Shown piece by piece: positions 36,504 to 51,500 of a stretch of 64,000 nt of DNA (the first letter of the stretch is position 1; every line of letters begins with the position of its first letter). The stretch comes from Gordius albopunctatus. Taxonomy: Eukaryota. The translations under genes were made by a program, and so were the position numbers. A model generated the notes under the pieces. It made no database searches. It worked only from the letters and a program-made list of their open reading frames with translations, and was not told the DNA's origin. Location of the stretch: the NCBI GenBank assembly GCA_964276515.1, contig OZ193909.1, positions 11,470,001 through 11,534,000 of the forward strand. The letters are read 5' to 3'.

Positions 36504-39500
36504 ATGAATATTATCAATGAAGATTTATCTGTAGATGACGACCTAAGAAAGAGGAATGAAGCTAAAACGATAACATCTTGGCGTTTTCCAATGAAGCAAG
36601 AAAGAATAATTTCTAGACAACGAAAAAACAAGGTAGTTTAAATGGGAATTTACCATATACAAAGCCTCAAAGTGATTAAAAACGAATACTTGAACGTAAA
36701 AAAAGTGTGAAGAAAATGGGCATAAATACCTTGTAATTAGTTTAAAATATAATGCAAGCTCCTAAATTCGCAAACTTCAATTATAAATTATGAATTGGGG
36801 GTCTAGCCTTTAGCCTCGACTTAAACTAATTAAAAAATGTTGTATCAACACATATTAATTAAATTTAATTCTTATATAGATAACATATTTCGATGGAACC
36901 TAAAGCAGAGAACCCGTTTAAGCGTTAAAATTTCATGGTCGGGTTTGGGTAATAAAGGGTTTCCAAGGGTTATTATTTTTACTTTAGCATTTAAGCGGTA
37001 CATTAAATATAGGGGATACTGGGGACTAAATAGCCATAAAAAATTAAATTGCGTCTTTAAAAAAATTAAATATTATTTTTTCAAATTTTTTGTTGAAATA
37101 TATTTTTAAGTTCTATCTTTGATATAGGAAATAAATTGGAATGGGAAAAAGTTATAGTTTTCTCACAAATTAAATTAAAAGCGAAAATTATAAAACTTTC
37201 AAAAATCCCCGGGGCAAGTTATACCTCCTTTCGGGGGATTTAACCCTTACGTTTCACTTCTTATTAGTGTATCCTAACTAAAATCAATAAGAAGATTGTC
37301 TTTTTTTATGAAAAACATAGAGAATGTAAATGTAATATGGTTATATTTTACATAAAACAAATAAAAAAAGGGTCAAGATGACAATCTAACTTAAGTATCC
37401 ATATAAGAGAGATTCTCCAATGGAAAACACCTTTTAATAGTTTATTAATGTATAATCATAATCTATTTTAATTCCAAAGTTAAATTATTAACACAAAAAA
37501 ATCTTGTCATTTTTTATAAGGTAAGACACAATTAAAAATGGCTAGCATTAGCCCCTCTTCGACTAGCCCCGACCCCTATTTTTTTAAACAATAAATAATT
37601 TAACATGTTAAATCGCAAATAAAAATTTAATCATTAGACGGTTTTTATATAAAAAACATCCCTTTATAAGATAAAACTTAAATTAATTTAAAATATAGAA
37701 CCAAAAAATTATTATATTCCAAATACAAAATTTTGTCAGGGCTATTATAGCCCCAAAAAACGTTTTCCCTCTATAAAATTTTTAATTATTATTCTTCTAA
37801 AATAAAAAAATTTTCCTTTATGCCTTATGTCAAAATACACATATAGTTTAAATTTTATAGTTTTATTATTATTTTTTTTAAAAATAATTGAAAAGATAAA
37901 TGTAACCCCGGTCTACTACTAGCCCCGGTTTCCCCTTCTTTTTAAAAAGTTAATAGTTATTACCGATTAATTATAAGACTTTAAAAGTGAGTTATCTTAA
38001 TAATAATTATTAATTCAAGTCAAATTTTGGACTTCTTTTCACGTAACGACAAAAAATTAAAATGTTAAGTTCTTGGAAGTAATAAAAAAATTGCTGTTTT
38101 TAATAAACAGTTCTTTCTTCATTTATTTTCAATAAAATTAAATGGTGAGACATCTAAGCCATAATAAAACCGATAATAAAAAGAAAAGGATTTGTAAATT
38201 TTATTCTTTAAATATTACAAACACGCCTTTTCTTTATTTTTCCAATATTAATTTAGATCGCCGGACATATAATCAACACCTTTAACTCAATACCAATTTA
38301 CATTTGACGCATCCTTTACTTATCCATATATATATCATGAAGTCACTTTTCTTTTTGACGCCAAATTTGAGTTTGATTTATTTAATATTGCCAAGGGACA
38401 TACCATCTTGCGCATAATTTTCTGCTAAGTCGATTTCCCGTTATAACCCAGTACTCAAATCATGCAGAATCCAATACAAATTTCACCAAAATTAAAGTCG
38501 GGATAAACATTTGACAACTAAAAATTTTCGGTAGCCCAACTTTATTTTAAGTCAGACTTCAATTTTTTTTCCCAACCCCGATCCGAGGTAAGGGGTCGCC
38601 GATGAAAGACTTGCTGTAGTGGCTGGATGGAATGGGAGTCTTTAATTTTTTTCAAATTAACACAATATTTTTGAAAGGTATAGGATTAATATTCCCCTGC
38701 CTTGTTAGCACCCGGACCCAATGGGCATGATTATTTCCAACCGAATCTTTTACTGATAAAATCAATCGTATGATAACGAAATTTCATTAGCTAAGCCTTT
38801 TTACTAATTGTAAAGTAGCCAAACTTTATATAATAGTTTGTTCACATTGCGGCGAATTTGGCATAGTTGGATCACCACCCTGTGCCTGTCATAGATGCAC
38901 ACACACCTCGTTTTGCCATTATGTGATTAAATGGTGAAACTTAGAGAAACGTGTGCTGCTGACACGTGTATTAACTCCATATTTGTTTAACTCTAATCTT
39001 AGGGTAAAAGTTGAAAGCCCATGAAGAGATCTACATAAGCCCCATATTTTCTATATATTAATATTTAAACTCCCTTAATTTTTCTCTTCTTTAGAAATTT
39101 GTATTTTAATAAATTTATAAGTAATAATCTTTATATACGTCCCGAGAAGTGGCAAGTCAAACGGTTAATTATAGAAATAATCAGATTGAGTCCAGGGTTG
39201 AAAAAATGACTTTGCTGGACTCTATTTGCTTATAAATAAATATATGTGCTTATTAAACAAATGAAAACAATAAAATTTAAGCAATATAATTTGCTAAACT
39301 TATCTTTTTGAACTTAATATAGGTTACATCATTACATGAATTTCATTTTGTACTAGGAATCAGAATCCTATTTGATTAAATTATTTTATTTTTTATTCTA
39401 TTTAACTTCCCTAAAGATTTTTTAATTAGTTTTGAATTTACAATAGAGTTTATTGGATTTTAACTTAAATTTGTTACATTTTAGGCATTAAAATATGAAT

Positions 39501-42500
39501 TCAGACTACGAATTCTGTGTTTAGTTTAAATTAATAAAGGTTGTGTGAAGTGAATTAATAGAGTCAAGTTTGTTGAATTAGGTTTTGTTATTATTCAATT
39601 TAAGTTATAAAAATCTTGTTAAAAGCCAGGAAAACGCCCTACCTCTTTTACTTATAAAGCGGATTATCTATAAAACATAAAAAATTTAAAAAGTCATCGG
39701 TAAATAATTTTTAATGCATCATTTTTATTACAAAATCTAGACAATCATAATAAAAAACATAATATATTCTATAACCTCTTTTACGAAATAATTGGAGATC
39801 AGCTTTAGCTTATTATTCACAATAATATTATTTAACCGCGTAATCTAATCATAGCAAAAAGCTTATTCAAAATAACCCAATTAATAAATTCATTAATTGG
39901 CGATAAAAGAGCAGTTCACTTAACAGTTTAATCCGACAAATTATAAAATGTTCGCATGTTTTATGTTTTATTTACAATAAAATTAGTTCGAAAAAGTTAA
40001 TTTTAGTTTAATATAAATTTTATTATAGCTAAAATTAATTAAATATGAAATACGGCTTAGAAGCTTTATCTTAACGCAAAACCTAGCTTTACACATAGGT
40101 TAATTTCATCGATCCTAGTAATATTACTAGATTATATATGATACATACGATATATGCTTCGATAGTATTGTCCGTTAAATTTATTATGTATCTTAGATGG
40201 TAATGATATTACATTATCTTCAATCAATTCTTTTGGGAATACACACATTCATATATCCATTGCACCCTTTAAGAAGAACCATCTGTATAAAATATGTTTA
40301 TAAAAGATGCTAATAATAATAATTATATATAACGTATAATTTTCAGTTGTATATTTAGTTTTGCATAATCATTGAACGAAAAAACGTTGAATTGATTTTA
40401 AAAAATAATTGACATTCATATAATTTGTGTTGTTAAAAATCTATATGTACCAGCAGTGTTCACACTTGATGTTGTGATCGATAAAATAATGACGACTCAT
40501 AAGCTAATTTAAACAAATTTATTTTCTGTGAATGATTTCTCTTTCTTCTAATTCTATTAGTTCTAATGAACAGTGCTCATTGATTTAGTCGTTTATACTT
40601 AGTGATCTCCTTCATGAACCAATTTAGTTAGATGTTTTTGTAACCAATGTATAGAGTTGCTAAGGGAAATAATTCCATAACTTGATTTTTTTAAATGAGT
40701 TGAAATAAATACTTTTAAAGATGAAGAATTAGGGCCTGAAACTTATTAGTTTTTAGGCAAAGGAACGACCATCTTTTTCCAAAAACGAAATTTGATTACA
40801 ATGAAAGTAAAAAATAATGTATTTACTTTGCCTAAAACACCGACAACACGGGGGTAGCTGGGGTACTAAATCGAAAAAAACCTTTTATACAAATAGTGAT
40901 AAATAAAAAAATGTGTCTTATGCCCCCTCCCCCCCTATTTAAAATTAACATATATTTTTATAGACACTCATTAGCAAATTTTGGACAATAATTGGAATTA
41001 AACATCAATATGCAAAAAGTTAAGTTTGCGTAATCACCCATTATTTTTCTATCGCCAAGTTGAATATATAAGGACATTAGAATTTTTTTGCAAATCACGT
41101 AAGTTATGTTTTCTCATAAATAATGTTTAATTTAAAAGTTAAATTTCATGAGTAGTATTATGAATCGTGTTTATGAGTGCCTACAAAAAGTTGGTGAAGG
41201 AAGAAATGGATCAAAGATCTACTCCGTCAGACCCGACTCGCAAGCGTGTACGGAGGGGCTTTGAAAGTAAAACGGGCCGTGTTTGGGCTGGAACAAGTTT
41301 CATAGAGGGCTTAAACCAACCGAAAATTCTTAAAACGCTCTTGGTATTTATTTAATTAAGAACCGACCTAAGGCTTTTATAAAAAAAATTTTAAATAAGG
41401 ATTCTTAGTATTAGAAACAAAAATCTTTGATGACAAAATATTAGATGGCTTTAACCGTGTATGAAAATGGAAATGGGGTTTATATTTATTTAATCAAATA
41501 CATCATATTTTATTTCCTAGTTCATTATTCACATAACTTATTAAAGTAGCTTTCTTATTTAGAAACTAATTAATAACCGTTTTAATCATTATATATTGCA
41601 ATTTAAAATTTATGTATTATGAAATGCTATCAAATTGAATTCAGTGTCTACCGGATTATTCCATTTTAATTCACTTTTGTCGATTTCCAGAAACTAAAAT
41701 TAATCGTAAAATAACTGTGTGCTCAACTATGGACATGTGGATAACTTATTAATACAAGGAGAATTTTAACGTTTAGCAACATGGGTGCGGTGCGGCAAGC
41801 ATTGGGATTAGAGAGGGGCATTAATGATTTAAGGAGGGGGCAAAATGATCTTTTTTTGAAATCTTAGCTATAATTTTAACAAATTTCAATAAATTTTTGG
41901 ATTCAGAGAGGGGAAACCGACCCTCCTGGCTACGCCCATGCTTAGCAATCATTTAATCCCATAAATTATAACGTTCAAAAATGTCTTTTTAACAATCCCA
42001 TAGTTGTGCAAAAAGGGTATGTGGTGTTAAAGAAATCACAACATATGGAGTTACTAATCAATCAATTATCTCCATAATATTTTAACGGTTTAATGTGTAG
42101 AATATAGTCCGAGTCTAAATAAGATCTACCGACACAGTCGAGATATCTTACTAAAAATATCGGTAACATAGCAATAATTGTTGCATAAATTCGATTTTTA
42201 ATGGATCGGGCCTAACGTGTGGATATTGGTAGGGGAGCGGGTCGAATTGCATTGAATAAAACACGGAGGGGCTAGAATGGGCTTTAAATTTTTTGAAACG
42301 GGTAAGGGCGGGCCTGAAGTGCACAAAATATTAAGGAGGGGCTCGGGCACCTCTAAAAGTTTCCAAGACGGTTTTGCGTGGGCCAAAGTTCTAAAAACGG
42401 CCCATTGTCGATCTATATAATGGACTATATAAAAAGTAACTGAACAATTCGCCGACTGATAGCTTTAGTTAGATATAACTTATTTTATTTCTTAATTTAA

Positions 42501-45500
42501 AAATAACAAAAAACTTTTTTTGTGTTTTTATTTGGCTTGAGGCCAGAGCATTAATCCGAGCTTAAACATTATCTTTTATACTCCAACCTTTTCTAGCCCC
42601 CCCCCCCTCCTATTCCAAATCCTGGCTAAGCCCATGACCCACAATTAATCAAATAAATATAATGAAAATCACTAGGTAATGTGGTGAATCAAAAAGAAGG
42701 CTTTATTAAAAAGAATCCGTACATGTACACGAAAATAAATCTTAAATTTAATCCTTTGTTATTTTACGAATCAATGACATAAGACATGATTTAATAAATC
42801 ACAAAAATTTACAGGGTAGAGATCTGAATTTGTGATATCTTGAAGAAAAAAATATCAACGAATCTCTTGCACAGTTTTATGCCCTTTGGTAGTTCACCAA
42901 ATATAAGGAATTTTTTTTATTTATATTAAAGATGGCTTTGAAAAAAATGTTTAAAATTATAGTTTTAAAATAACATTACACTATTTTATTTTTATGGTTA
43001 AAATTTCTGATTGATAACATTTCCTTACATACTTTTTCATGTCTCATGCATCCAGATAACTTTATATGTCACATATATTTATTGCAAAAATAATTATTTC
43101 AGATTAAAAAATAAATTTATTATATAATTTCCGTGGAGTTGGGTTGATTTTTTGTTGATGATTTGTTTGTTTCGAATTGTTTTCCATTTATAAGTTCTGT
43201 AAAAGGGTATATTCTTAGGGCTTTTGTCTGCTAATTTAAAAAAATATATATTTTTCCATTGCTAACTTGCTTGTGAAAAATTATTTTTTCCCTAGGGAAA
43301 ATTACCCTGAATAATTTGTACTTTTATATGTTAATTTTGTTTTTTTATTGTATAGAATTATTTATTGGCAAAACAACTATAAGTAGGTTGTTTAACTAGT
43401 TTAAATTTAAAACCCCAAAAAACATAATAGAGGGTTAAGATTCCTTACACAACCTACATTTATTTGAATACCTTGTAATTATATATTAGCATAGGTGCTA
43501 TTTTTATTAAGATCTAAACTAATTCCCATTATTACAACTATAACAGGTTCTGGGCTGAAGTGTTTAAAGTTGTGCCGGAAGGGAAAGCTTACAAATGGGA
43601 CAAAATTTCAGATGGCCTTATTGCCATCACGATATCTTTGTTGGAGCATACAGCTCAAGAAACGGTTTATCACATATTCGCAAACCAACCTCCTCACTCC
43701 AAAATTATCGATTTAAAAATGACTCAACCAGGTATTAATTTATGTATGCCATAAGATTAAAAATTGGGCTCTTTTTTTGAATTTACGTTGTTTAAAGGTT
43801 TAACATTAAAATTATAAATAATTAGGTACAGAGCTCAAACAAACGTCAGAATGTTTTATATATTGGAAGGACCTAAAGACGCATAAAGTGTGGGGCCTTA
43901 ATTTTTCAACTCCCGACGATGCTTCAAAATTCAAAGATTTATGCATGGTATATCCCTTATATTTCAAATGTATATTCAAGCATAAGCCTACTTAAATTGA
44001 ATTAGATATTGCTCTAAAATAGTGAACAGGTCCGATTATGATAGGTTTATTTCTATATTTCCCTACATTTTAGAATACACAAACATTATATGCATGGGCG
44101 TAGCCAAGGGAAATCCAAAAATTTGATGGAATTTATTAAAATAATAGCTAAAATTTCAAAAAAAGTTCATTTTGCCCCTCTCTGAATCATTATTGCCCCC
44201 GAATTCCAATGCTAGCTACGCCCATGAATATAGGCCATGTGAATAATTGTTATATTTTTTTTGTAATTTATTGGCCTTATCTATATGAAAGATAAAAAAA
44301 TTATCGCTATTAAGGAAATTCATTTTTACCATGCTTAACAGAGAAATACAAATGTTGACCCTGAGGGACTACAATTTACAAAGCCCCCTAATCAACTTGA
44401 AGATGATACCCTTCAAGTAATTTGTTTTTTAGTTGTAATACATTTTAATAATCGAGCTTCGTTTATATATAATAAGAGATAATTAAAGTATCTCAAGACC
44501 TTTCTTGGATAGGCTATTTAAAATTTGATTATTTAAAATTTACATATGTCATCTTAATGTATAAAATGAATTTAGGACTTAAAAATATTCTACTAAATAG
44601 GCTGATCTTGTTATTAGAAAAATGCCCTAGCATATGATTCGATTTTTAAAAGATGTTTGTCAATTTTTGCAGTCTAACTAAAAAAATTGTGGACTATATA
44701 ATTTTTAATGGCGCATTCGTCCCTGGATCTACAAGAAGTTTATATTAAATTAGAAAAATGTTGAAATTAAGTTGAATTGTGCTATTCTCTCAAACCTTTA
44801 TATCCGTTTTCCTAAAGCTCATTTTAAATTAAATAATTACAAGTTATATTCCTCAGTTTGAAAATGGCATAGCCAGAGGGTGATAAGGAGCGTTGGGTGG
44901 CTGTCCCCCTATAAATTCCATTATTGGATTTAATTATGACTAAATTTTTGAAAGATTATTTTTCCCTTCCCTACATCATTAAAGCCCTCTTCTAATCCAA
45001 AACCTGGCTAGCTACGCCCATGTAAATATTTTCATCAGGTATTTTTTTTTTTATTAAATACCATAGTAATTTCTGAATAAAGTGGTAGAAGGTAATTACA
45101 AAATATATTTTTAATATGGTATAAATTTATACAAAAGCGGGACAATCTATATGGAAAATTAGCTAAATTTAATTTGCATCTAGAGATCAATTAGATCTGG
45201 ATCTATTTAAAACGGGTTTAAATTTTAAATTATTATTAATAGAAGAAAATTTACAAATGTGAGTTGCACCAATTTCCCATCCTTGCAATTTTTACTGTAA
45301 TCTGTGATCTACAAAATATTAACATTATGATTACCTGGGTACCTTGCATTAAAGTTTTAATTAAATGTTTTGGACATTTTAAACCCCACATTCATTATTG
45401 AAATGTTAATCCCATTTCAGAATCGCCAATGTACTCTTTTCAACCCTTTATAGCGAGCGATTCTTTCTTCCTACTTTGCTGATATGGCAAAGTTTTTATT

Positions 45501-48500
45501 AGAACCCAAATGAACATTTCATCGCGAGACGAATTAAGGCTAAATTCTTCCTGTCAACCAAAAAACTAGCTTCAATTTATCAAGATCATACTCACAAATA
45601 AGATGATTTTTTCTTAATTTTTGCGACATTTAATTTTCTAATGCTTGTTGATTCTGGTCATTATTATATAAAATTTAATATTAAGTTGCATAAAAAATAA
45701 TCTATTTATTAATATTTGTAAAGAGGTGGTAGGTCATTTTTCAGCATAAGAGGGGTTGGGGTGGGGCAATGAATTAACAAGTTTAAAAACATTAATGAGA
45801 TTGTAGTATACCACTAAAACTAGAAACTACCTAAAGATTAATTTCGCCTCATTTTTACCTAAATAGAGGTAGACCATATAAATAAGTTTTAACAAAAAAT
45901 ATTTTCCCAACTTGGTTTAATATTTTATGGCTACTCTCGCCCCGACGAACCAATTCATTATAATTTATTGATTTTATGGCGTTATCTTTGATCCATCAAG
46001 ATGCACACAGCCATATACTTGAATTATTATTAATCACTGAATTGCAAGCAATTAATTAGTGATTTGATTAATTACCTTTGAAATATGAGCTATAGATACA
46101 TCAAAATTTTGTAATTATTAACGAGTTTTCGATAACTAGGGTCGTGATAATATTCACTTTTAAATAATATTTCCATGCAAACATAAAAAAGTAAATGAAA
46201 AATGATATTTTTCCAAATATATGATTAAGCCAATTAAAAATATATTATAAACAAACGAATTTTATAATTTTATTCTATGATCAAAAGATATTGGTTATAT
46301 GATATGATATATAAAATGTTAAGGCCAGCAATGGCATATTTTTAAAGCGATATAATACCTCTCTACGGTTATAGAAAGTTGGACTTAATCAATAACCCTA
46401 TTATAGTGAAGTCGGTCAGTTACAGCAATAACACCGTGTATTGACTTATCTATGAATGCGGTAGAATCGGGGAATGATGATAAAACTACTATGACGTTGT
46501 TGATCTATTTGTGTTCATTATTAAGATGAGTAAAAATATTTCTGATTCAGAATTTTTTTATTAACTCTCTCTTGTGATCGATAAAAGTATGGAGCGGAGG
46601 GGCGGTTGATTGGGAGGAGCATGAAGGAGGAAGCAGGCAGGGACTGCATTAATGTTCAAAATAATAAGGCTACTGAATCACCATCCTTTACACTTCCATT
46701 TTTATAAATGTGATTGCGCGTATTAACTTTTTCCCGATGTATTTCGCTTTATAACTCTCCTCACCATTACATATATTTTTTCTCGAGACATTGGCTCCAA
46801 AAGCTCAGCATATTGATTTAATATCAAAAATTTATTATATACATTTTTTATTGTATATAAACTACCTTTAAATTTATTTTAAATAAATCACAACATTTTA
46901 CTTGATTATAGACGGAGATTGAAACTTCGGAATATGAACCAATTTTAGCTGATTTTTCCGATTTTTGTAATTACCCGAAACAAAATATCCATATAGATGG
47001 TGCTCAAAACCCAACACATTCCACCCATTCATTTTATCCCATAATACAAAAATCAGCTCCCACTTTTCAACGTTCCATAACATTAAATACTACCCCCTGT
47101 TTTCAGGATTTAACCAGCGAAGCAAAATCACATTCAACAACCATAACAAAATCTTCCATTTCCTATCAAGCCCCCTATCCTTTCGTGCCTCCGTTACAAA
47201 CATTTACTTGCATTAGCAGCCAACTATCTAACACCCAACCTTGTACTATTAAATTCATCAGCAACTATATAGAAGCTAATAATGATCGCGCCCATCAAAA
47301 ATACTCCTTACAACCTCAAGGCACACCGAGTTTGTTTGAATCGAATGTAAGAGGCGACAGTTGTTATGATCCACAACATTCCATCGCTCACCATCAGATT
47401 TTTCCGGTTAGGTCCTACAGCCTAGACAAAATCAATCCTGCCACATTGTGTAACAAAAACCGCGTCAATTATCTCAGTAATACTCATCAAGGGGGAGGAG
47501 TATCACAATTCGTGTCGTCGTGTGTTTGTGGCAAATTACCACAATTCTCATATCTTCCCGAACCGACTTGCTCTAGTCATCATGTAAGCCATCATACTAC
47601 TTCCCATAACACCCAAAATTTGCCGCAGCAAAGCTTGGGGGCTAAATTATACGAAACCGATCTTCTCGTTCACGATCTCACGCACAACAACAACAATTTT
47701 CGAGAAATCGTAATCGGTAGTTCGCCCATCAAGGCTCGTCCCACACGAGGAGTTCCGAAGGAGCCCGTAGCCAGTGATCAATACAAAGCGCTAGTTCACA
47801 AGGTGCTCAAAGAGGTGGGAACATTCATTCCTAGAAAAGAAGATAGTTGCGACCCTTCACCTCTAAGTCCGGCCCGATCTCTCACACCACCCATTAAATC
47901 GGCATCATTTTGCGAATTAACGCGACAAGGTAACAACACAAATTTGGACGAAGCTGAAGACGATTCCCAAGTTTACCTATCCTCTTTTCTCCGTCGCTTT
48001 AACAATGCTCTGGGATATTCTCATACCGATAACAACTCGTCAACTATACCACCTTCCTTGGGTTACAGTATCGCCAAACTAAATTATCCTATATCATCAT
48101 CCACTCTCGATAAAAGTTATGAGGGCCCTGCAGCATCCCGACTTATTAACGACGACCACCCTTACAAAGCGATATTACCACATCAAAATTATGTCTCAAA
48201 AGAAGGGACCGCTCTAATTCACTCAACTACTTACAGTAATAATAACTGCTACATATCCGATCCCATTACCACCACTTCACGCGGTAATTTAGTGCAGAGA
48301 AATGCTGGTACTCCAAACGCCATCCCTTTGAAAAATGTCCCCAGATCGATATCCAATTCTTGTCCTTACATTTCCAAATCGGCCACCATGCCATGCAATT
48401 CAGCACACCAACAAGTAAACTATCCTTAAAAGGAGGTAGGGAGGGGTAACTCTTCCTACCCCCCACCCCTATGAATTTTATTTTTTTAAATATATATTAC

Positions 48501-51500
48501 ATACACTTAGGTAGAATAGTAAAAATCAATTTCGCTTAAATTTTTAACGGCACCACTTTTCCTGACTTAAATCGCAGCTACGCACCCTTCCAATAATTCT
48601 AATTTAATGGATAAGAAGGTTAAAGAAAGAGAAATTTTACGAATTTATTACTTCCCTACTCCTCGCTGCACGCACTTTGATATGATGCAAGTGTGGAGGT
48701 GGCCTCGTTTTACAGCGACATTTTCGTAATTTAATTTGTATTTGTTGGCTGATAAGCCTCACAGTTACTAATAAACCAAACATTTTCTGAGAGAAGCAGT
48801 TTAACTATCAGTGCCCCGTTTTTAATGCTAATTTTTAGTTTATATTGTCCTCTTTGACACAATTTATTCGTGGTATATATGCCCCTTTCAAATAAATTTT
48901 AAAAATAATAATTGAGCATATAAATTTTACATTAATCCGAATAAAGTTGACAATTACATAGATTCCTACTATCTGGTGATAGGGAAAACGATCTATAAAT
49001 TCATACAAAACATTTGTTATTTTGTGCCTATAAATGTGGTTCAATTAAAAAATATTTTCAATTAATAACTCACTAGTCTGTAAAAGCTCATGGAATATTT
49101 AGTAAAACGAAAATTAAGGCCGAGTCTTTAGGGAACTTTGAATGGAAATACAGTTTGAACAAATACTTTTGCTCACTCATTGTTTTCAGGAATAAAAAAG
49201 GAACAAAAATCGATTTGCATTCCAATTTTTAATGTTTTATATTTACTTATCCTATTGTGCCAAATATACTTTAAATAAAAACATTGCCGTGATGTTTAAA
49301 GGGTCTTTATCAATTTAAAATATATCAAAAAATTTTATAAATGTGTTTCCCGTCTATAGAGGGAAATATACTTATTATTTTACCGATGACCCTCTTTCTC
49401 ACGAGGGGGGAGGGGGGTTATTTGCCCCCCCCTTTATTTTTTACCCTTTTTCTAACCTGGGGGGAGGGGGTGATTTGTCCTTGCCCTCATTTTCACCCCC
49501 CTTATTTTTTACCCTCTTTCTAACCTGGGGGGAGGGGGTGATTTGCACCCCCCTTATTATTTGTCCTCTTTCTCACCCAGAGGGCCTCCCCCCGGTGAAA
49601 AGGGTGGGGGCCCAATTCACTCTCCCACCCGGGTGAGAAAGAAGGTAAAAAGTGGGGGGGGGGGGGGGCAAATCACCACCCACCCTCCCTCCCCCCTCGT
49701 GAGAAAGAGGGTAAAAAATACTCCCCCCCCCCAGGTAGGAGGGTGGAAAAAGGGGGCGGGGGTCAAATCACCCCCCCCCCTCCCCCTCCCCCCAGGTGAG
49801 AAAGAGCAGGGGGGAGGGGAAACCAACGGGACAAAAAAAGGGAGAGGGGAAAAGTTCCTACATTATTTAAAAAAATTGTATAACAATTAAAATATTTATT
49901 TATAAAATATAAGCGCAAAATAAATTAATATCACAAATTATGAATTTATATTACTGAGCTTTTTAGGAACAATATTGAGCATTATTAATTTAAAGCTGAG
50001 CATTTTAAGGTTAATTTACTGAGCAATTTTAAATTTACTGGGCACATTTTACTGACCATTTTTTAATTTATTACTATGCATTTAAATAACATCCATTTAA
50101 TTTTGTAATTTTGATGCATTTATCCTCTAGTAATACAACTGTGAAATTGTATTTTTTACCACAACAATTTATAATCATTTTTAATTTAGCTAGCTAAAAA
50201 AATAATTGTTATAAAAATTTATTTAGAAAATCAAAGACTCGGCGAGTATCTTTGAAAAATCTATAATGACTACTCAATTTGTTCCGTACGGATATTGGAG
50301 TCGGGCCATTCGCAAAACAGGGTAATTGTTGGACCGTTTTAAATATTATCATAAATGTCATATTGCCTTGTCATAAATGTCGCAAATTTTATTTGAAACT
50401 AGCTGTGCCCGGCCAAGCGTTGCTTTGGCTCAGTCCTTAAGTGGTTAAATAAGTATAACCTATTAATAAGACTTATCTAAAATGGGGTCATATATGAAAT
50501 AATTTATAATGTGAAAGGTCCGAATGCTAATGCAAATAAATATCCATAATATTCATTTAAGAGCGATATAAAATATTTATAAATGCTTATAAGAGTATAT
50601 AAGCATTAAAATATAAAAAACTTATAATCATGTATGGGTAATAAAGAGCTGCATGAAGATTTTGGCTGAAAGTATAATGTAAAAAATGATGTAAATAGTA
50701 AAATAAAACATGCAAGGGAAAGTTGATGGATAAAGGGTAAATCAATGATAGGTCTGTCTTATGAAGAATAAGGTAATACACGTACAGTATTATATCTTCT
50801 TGTGAATGTCTCGTCAAATTTGGTTATAATACTCTGGCGTTATAAAAAAGAGAGAAATGCTAAAAGAAATATAAAATCAATGGGCTTTGATGGTAATTGC
50901 TAAAAGTTATAAGTGGATAAATAGAAATGACACTAACTTTAGAAAAGTAGTGAGGCGTTATAAAGAGGGTTGTAGGTTCGGGTAAGAGATGCTTCGCAGC
51001 TTAACTTCTGCCTTAGAAAGGAACAAATTGCTATAATGCTTGGGGATAGACAATATTTTTGGTCATGTTATTTTCTGTGTATATATAGAGATTTAGTGGA
51101 TTGCCGACGCGCGAACATGCAACATATAATTGTCCATGTGAAAAACAATCTGTTTCTAAATCTATACCACAAATTTCTAGAGACTGGCCTTGAGCTTTGT
51201 TAATGGTAATAGCAAATGCAAGTTTGAAAGGAAATTGCAATCTTTTAAATTCAAAAGGCATATCTGTTGGAATTAAAGGGATCCGTGGTATGAAGACATC
51301 TTCTCCCGTGAAAGGTTCAGTCAAAATTGTGGCCTCAACAACGTTGCACATTAAGCGTTTAATAGCAAGACGTGTGCCATTGCAAAGTTTTGGCTGATTA
51401 ATATTGCGCAACATGATAATTGGTACCCAAATTTTCAAATGCAAAACGTATGGTGGTACGCCTGGAAGATCTAGCGAATTTAAAAATTCGATCGGATAAT

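Noticed and set aside
41167..41355. 62-aa ORF as a possible SIF first exon
   Set aside because: It runs into a CCCGA/GGGCC-type transposon remnant and lacks a strong donor.
49341..49890. Gly/Pro-rich ORFs on both strands
   Set aside because: They arise from the G/C tracts of the foldback element.
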